A stretch of DNA of 64,000 bases from NCBI GenBank assembly GCA_951406725.2, contig OX597839.1:26412001-26476000 (forward strand), read 5' to 3'. The DNA is from Octopus vulgaris (taxonomy: Eukaryota). Below are positions 62,926-64,000 of this stretch, one piece after another; the first letter of the stretch is position 1, and every line of letters starts with the position of its first letter. Below the pieces are notes generated by a model that was not told the DNA's origin, did no database searches, and worked only from the letters and a program-made list of their open reading frames with translations. A program made the position numbers and the translations under genes.

Positions 62926-63111
62926 TACGGAGATGTACTTGCATAGCGAGTGACTTGATCTGAGATCGTGTGCTGGAAAACAATTGCAGCGTGGAAGGTG
63001 TTTATAAGCCATTTAAGAAACACAAAAACCGTTAGATTCACTTCAACATTTAAATTTAACGGTTTTTGTGTGTTTCTTAAATGGCTTATAAACACCTTCT
63101 ACGCTGCAATT
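62925..63111. mobile_element. Fold-back element embedded in (TA)n (arms ~62982-63039 and ~63051-63111)
   Basis: Near-perfect ~58-bp inverted repeat plus a one-sided tail. No hammerhead core seen. Confidence 0.65.
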
Positions 63112-63118
63112 TTTTGCA

Positions 63119-63151
<33 letters not shown>

Positions 63152-64000
63152 GATAATGGGCATGATGAAGTAGTATTTCACAAATTTTAATTTACATTCT
63201 AATTTAAATACAGCTTATTATTATTGACCTCCATATGTTGCCACAACATCGGTCAGTATCTGTTGCATTTGCAACTTTGCTACAGTACCGGTGTAGTTTC
63301 TTCAGGGTCTTCACTGTAATATCCTTAAAATTCAAAAATGTGAAATTATTTTTCTTTGGAACAGTGAATCTTGAAGCAGATGAAGCTACATATGATAGTG
63401 TGTAAATAAATACTGGATTAAGAAAAACCCTGTAGAAAATGTTGAAGGTTTCGAGATTCACCATTTCAACAAAAAACGTATATAATAATTATGTATCATG
63501 CACACGGCAAACCCTACTCTTTTCCGTCAAGGGCCTATATGCCCCAATATTAGGCTTTTTACCTTCATCAATCCATGGTGATCACTTATAAGCTTTAAGC
63601 TAGTAAATCTTATTATTAATATATATATTCTTTTATTTGTTTCAGTCATTTGACTGTGGCCATGCTGGAGCACTGCCTTTAGTCGAGTAAATCGACACCA
63701 GGACTTATTCTTTGTAAGCCTAGCACTTATTCTATCAATTTCTTTTGCTGAACCGCTAAGTGACAGGGGACGCAAACACACCAACATCAGCTGTCAAGTG
63801 ATGTTGGGGGAACAAACACAGACACACACATACACATATATAGAGGACAGGCTTCTTTCAGTTTCTGTCTTCCAAATGCACTCACAAGGCTTTGGTTGGC
63901 TTGAGGCTGTAGTAGAAGACACAAGGTGCCACACAATGGGTCTGAACCCAGAATCATGTGGTTGGTAAGCAAGCTACTTACCACACAGCCACTCCTGCAC

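Noticed and set aside
63204-63464. 86-aa minus-strand ORF in unique sequence
   Set aside because: No recognisable domain or convincing splice-site pair.

Overview
AT-rich, repeat-dense animal genomic DNA. It is most likely an octopus or other coleoid cephalopod, inferred from the SINE families and the (TA)n/(ATC)n load. The one clear gene is a nuclear receptor corepressor (NCoR/SMRT family) on the minus strand. I assembled 13 coding exons by hand between 28883 and ~40 (about 3.5 kb, ~1177 codons, all GT-AG with continuous phase). They cover the DAD/SANT1 domain, a Cys-rich double zinc-finger-like insert, SANT2 and the GSI-motif region. The gene runs off the left edge. No upstream NCoR exon was found in 28884-64000, so that stretch looks like one intron of more than 35 kb. 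Introns hold tRNA-derived SINEs, RTE and CR1 LINE 3' fragments, piggyBac-, hAT- and Tc1-type MITEs, a decayed mariner, a non-autonomous Helitron, a minisatellite and microsatellites. The most notable unexplained structure is a set of fold-back (palindromic) inserts, mostly next to (TA)n/(CA)n tracts, carrying minimal type-I hammerhead ribozyme cores with palindromic stem III. In each, the fold-back axis lies at or just 5' of the ribozyme; these resemble Penelope-like retroelement ends. There is also a ~210-nt non-repetitive multi-helix hairpin at 45486-45697. All analysis was done by eye, so repeat boundaries are approximate.
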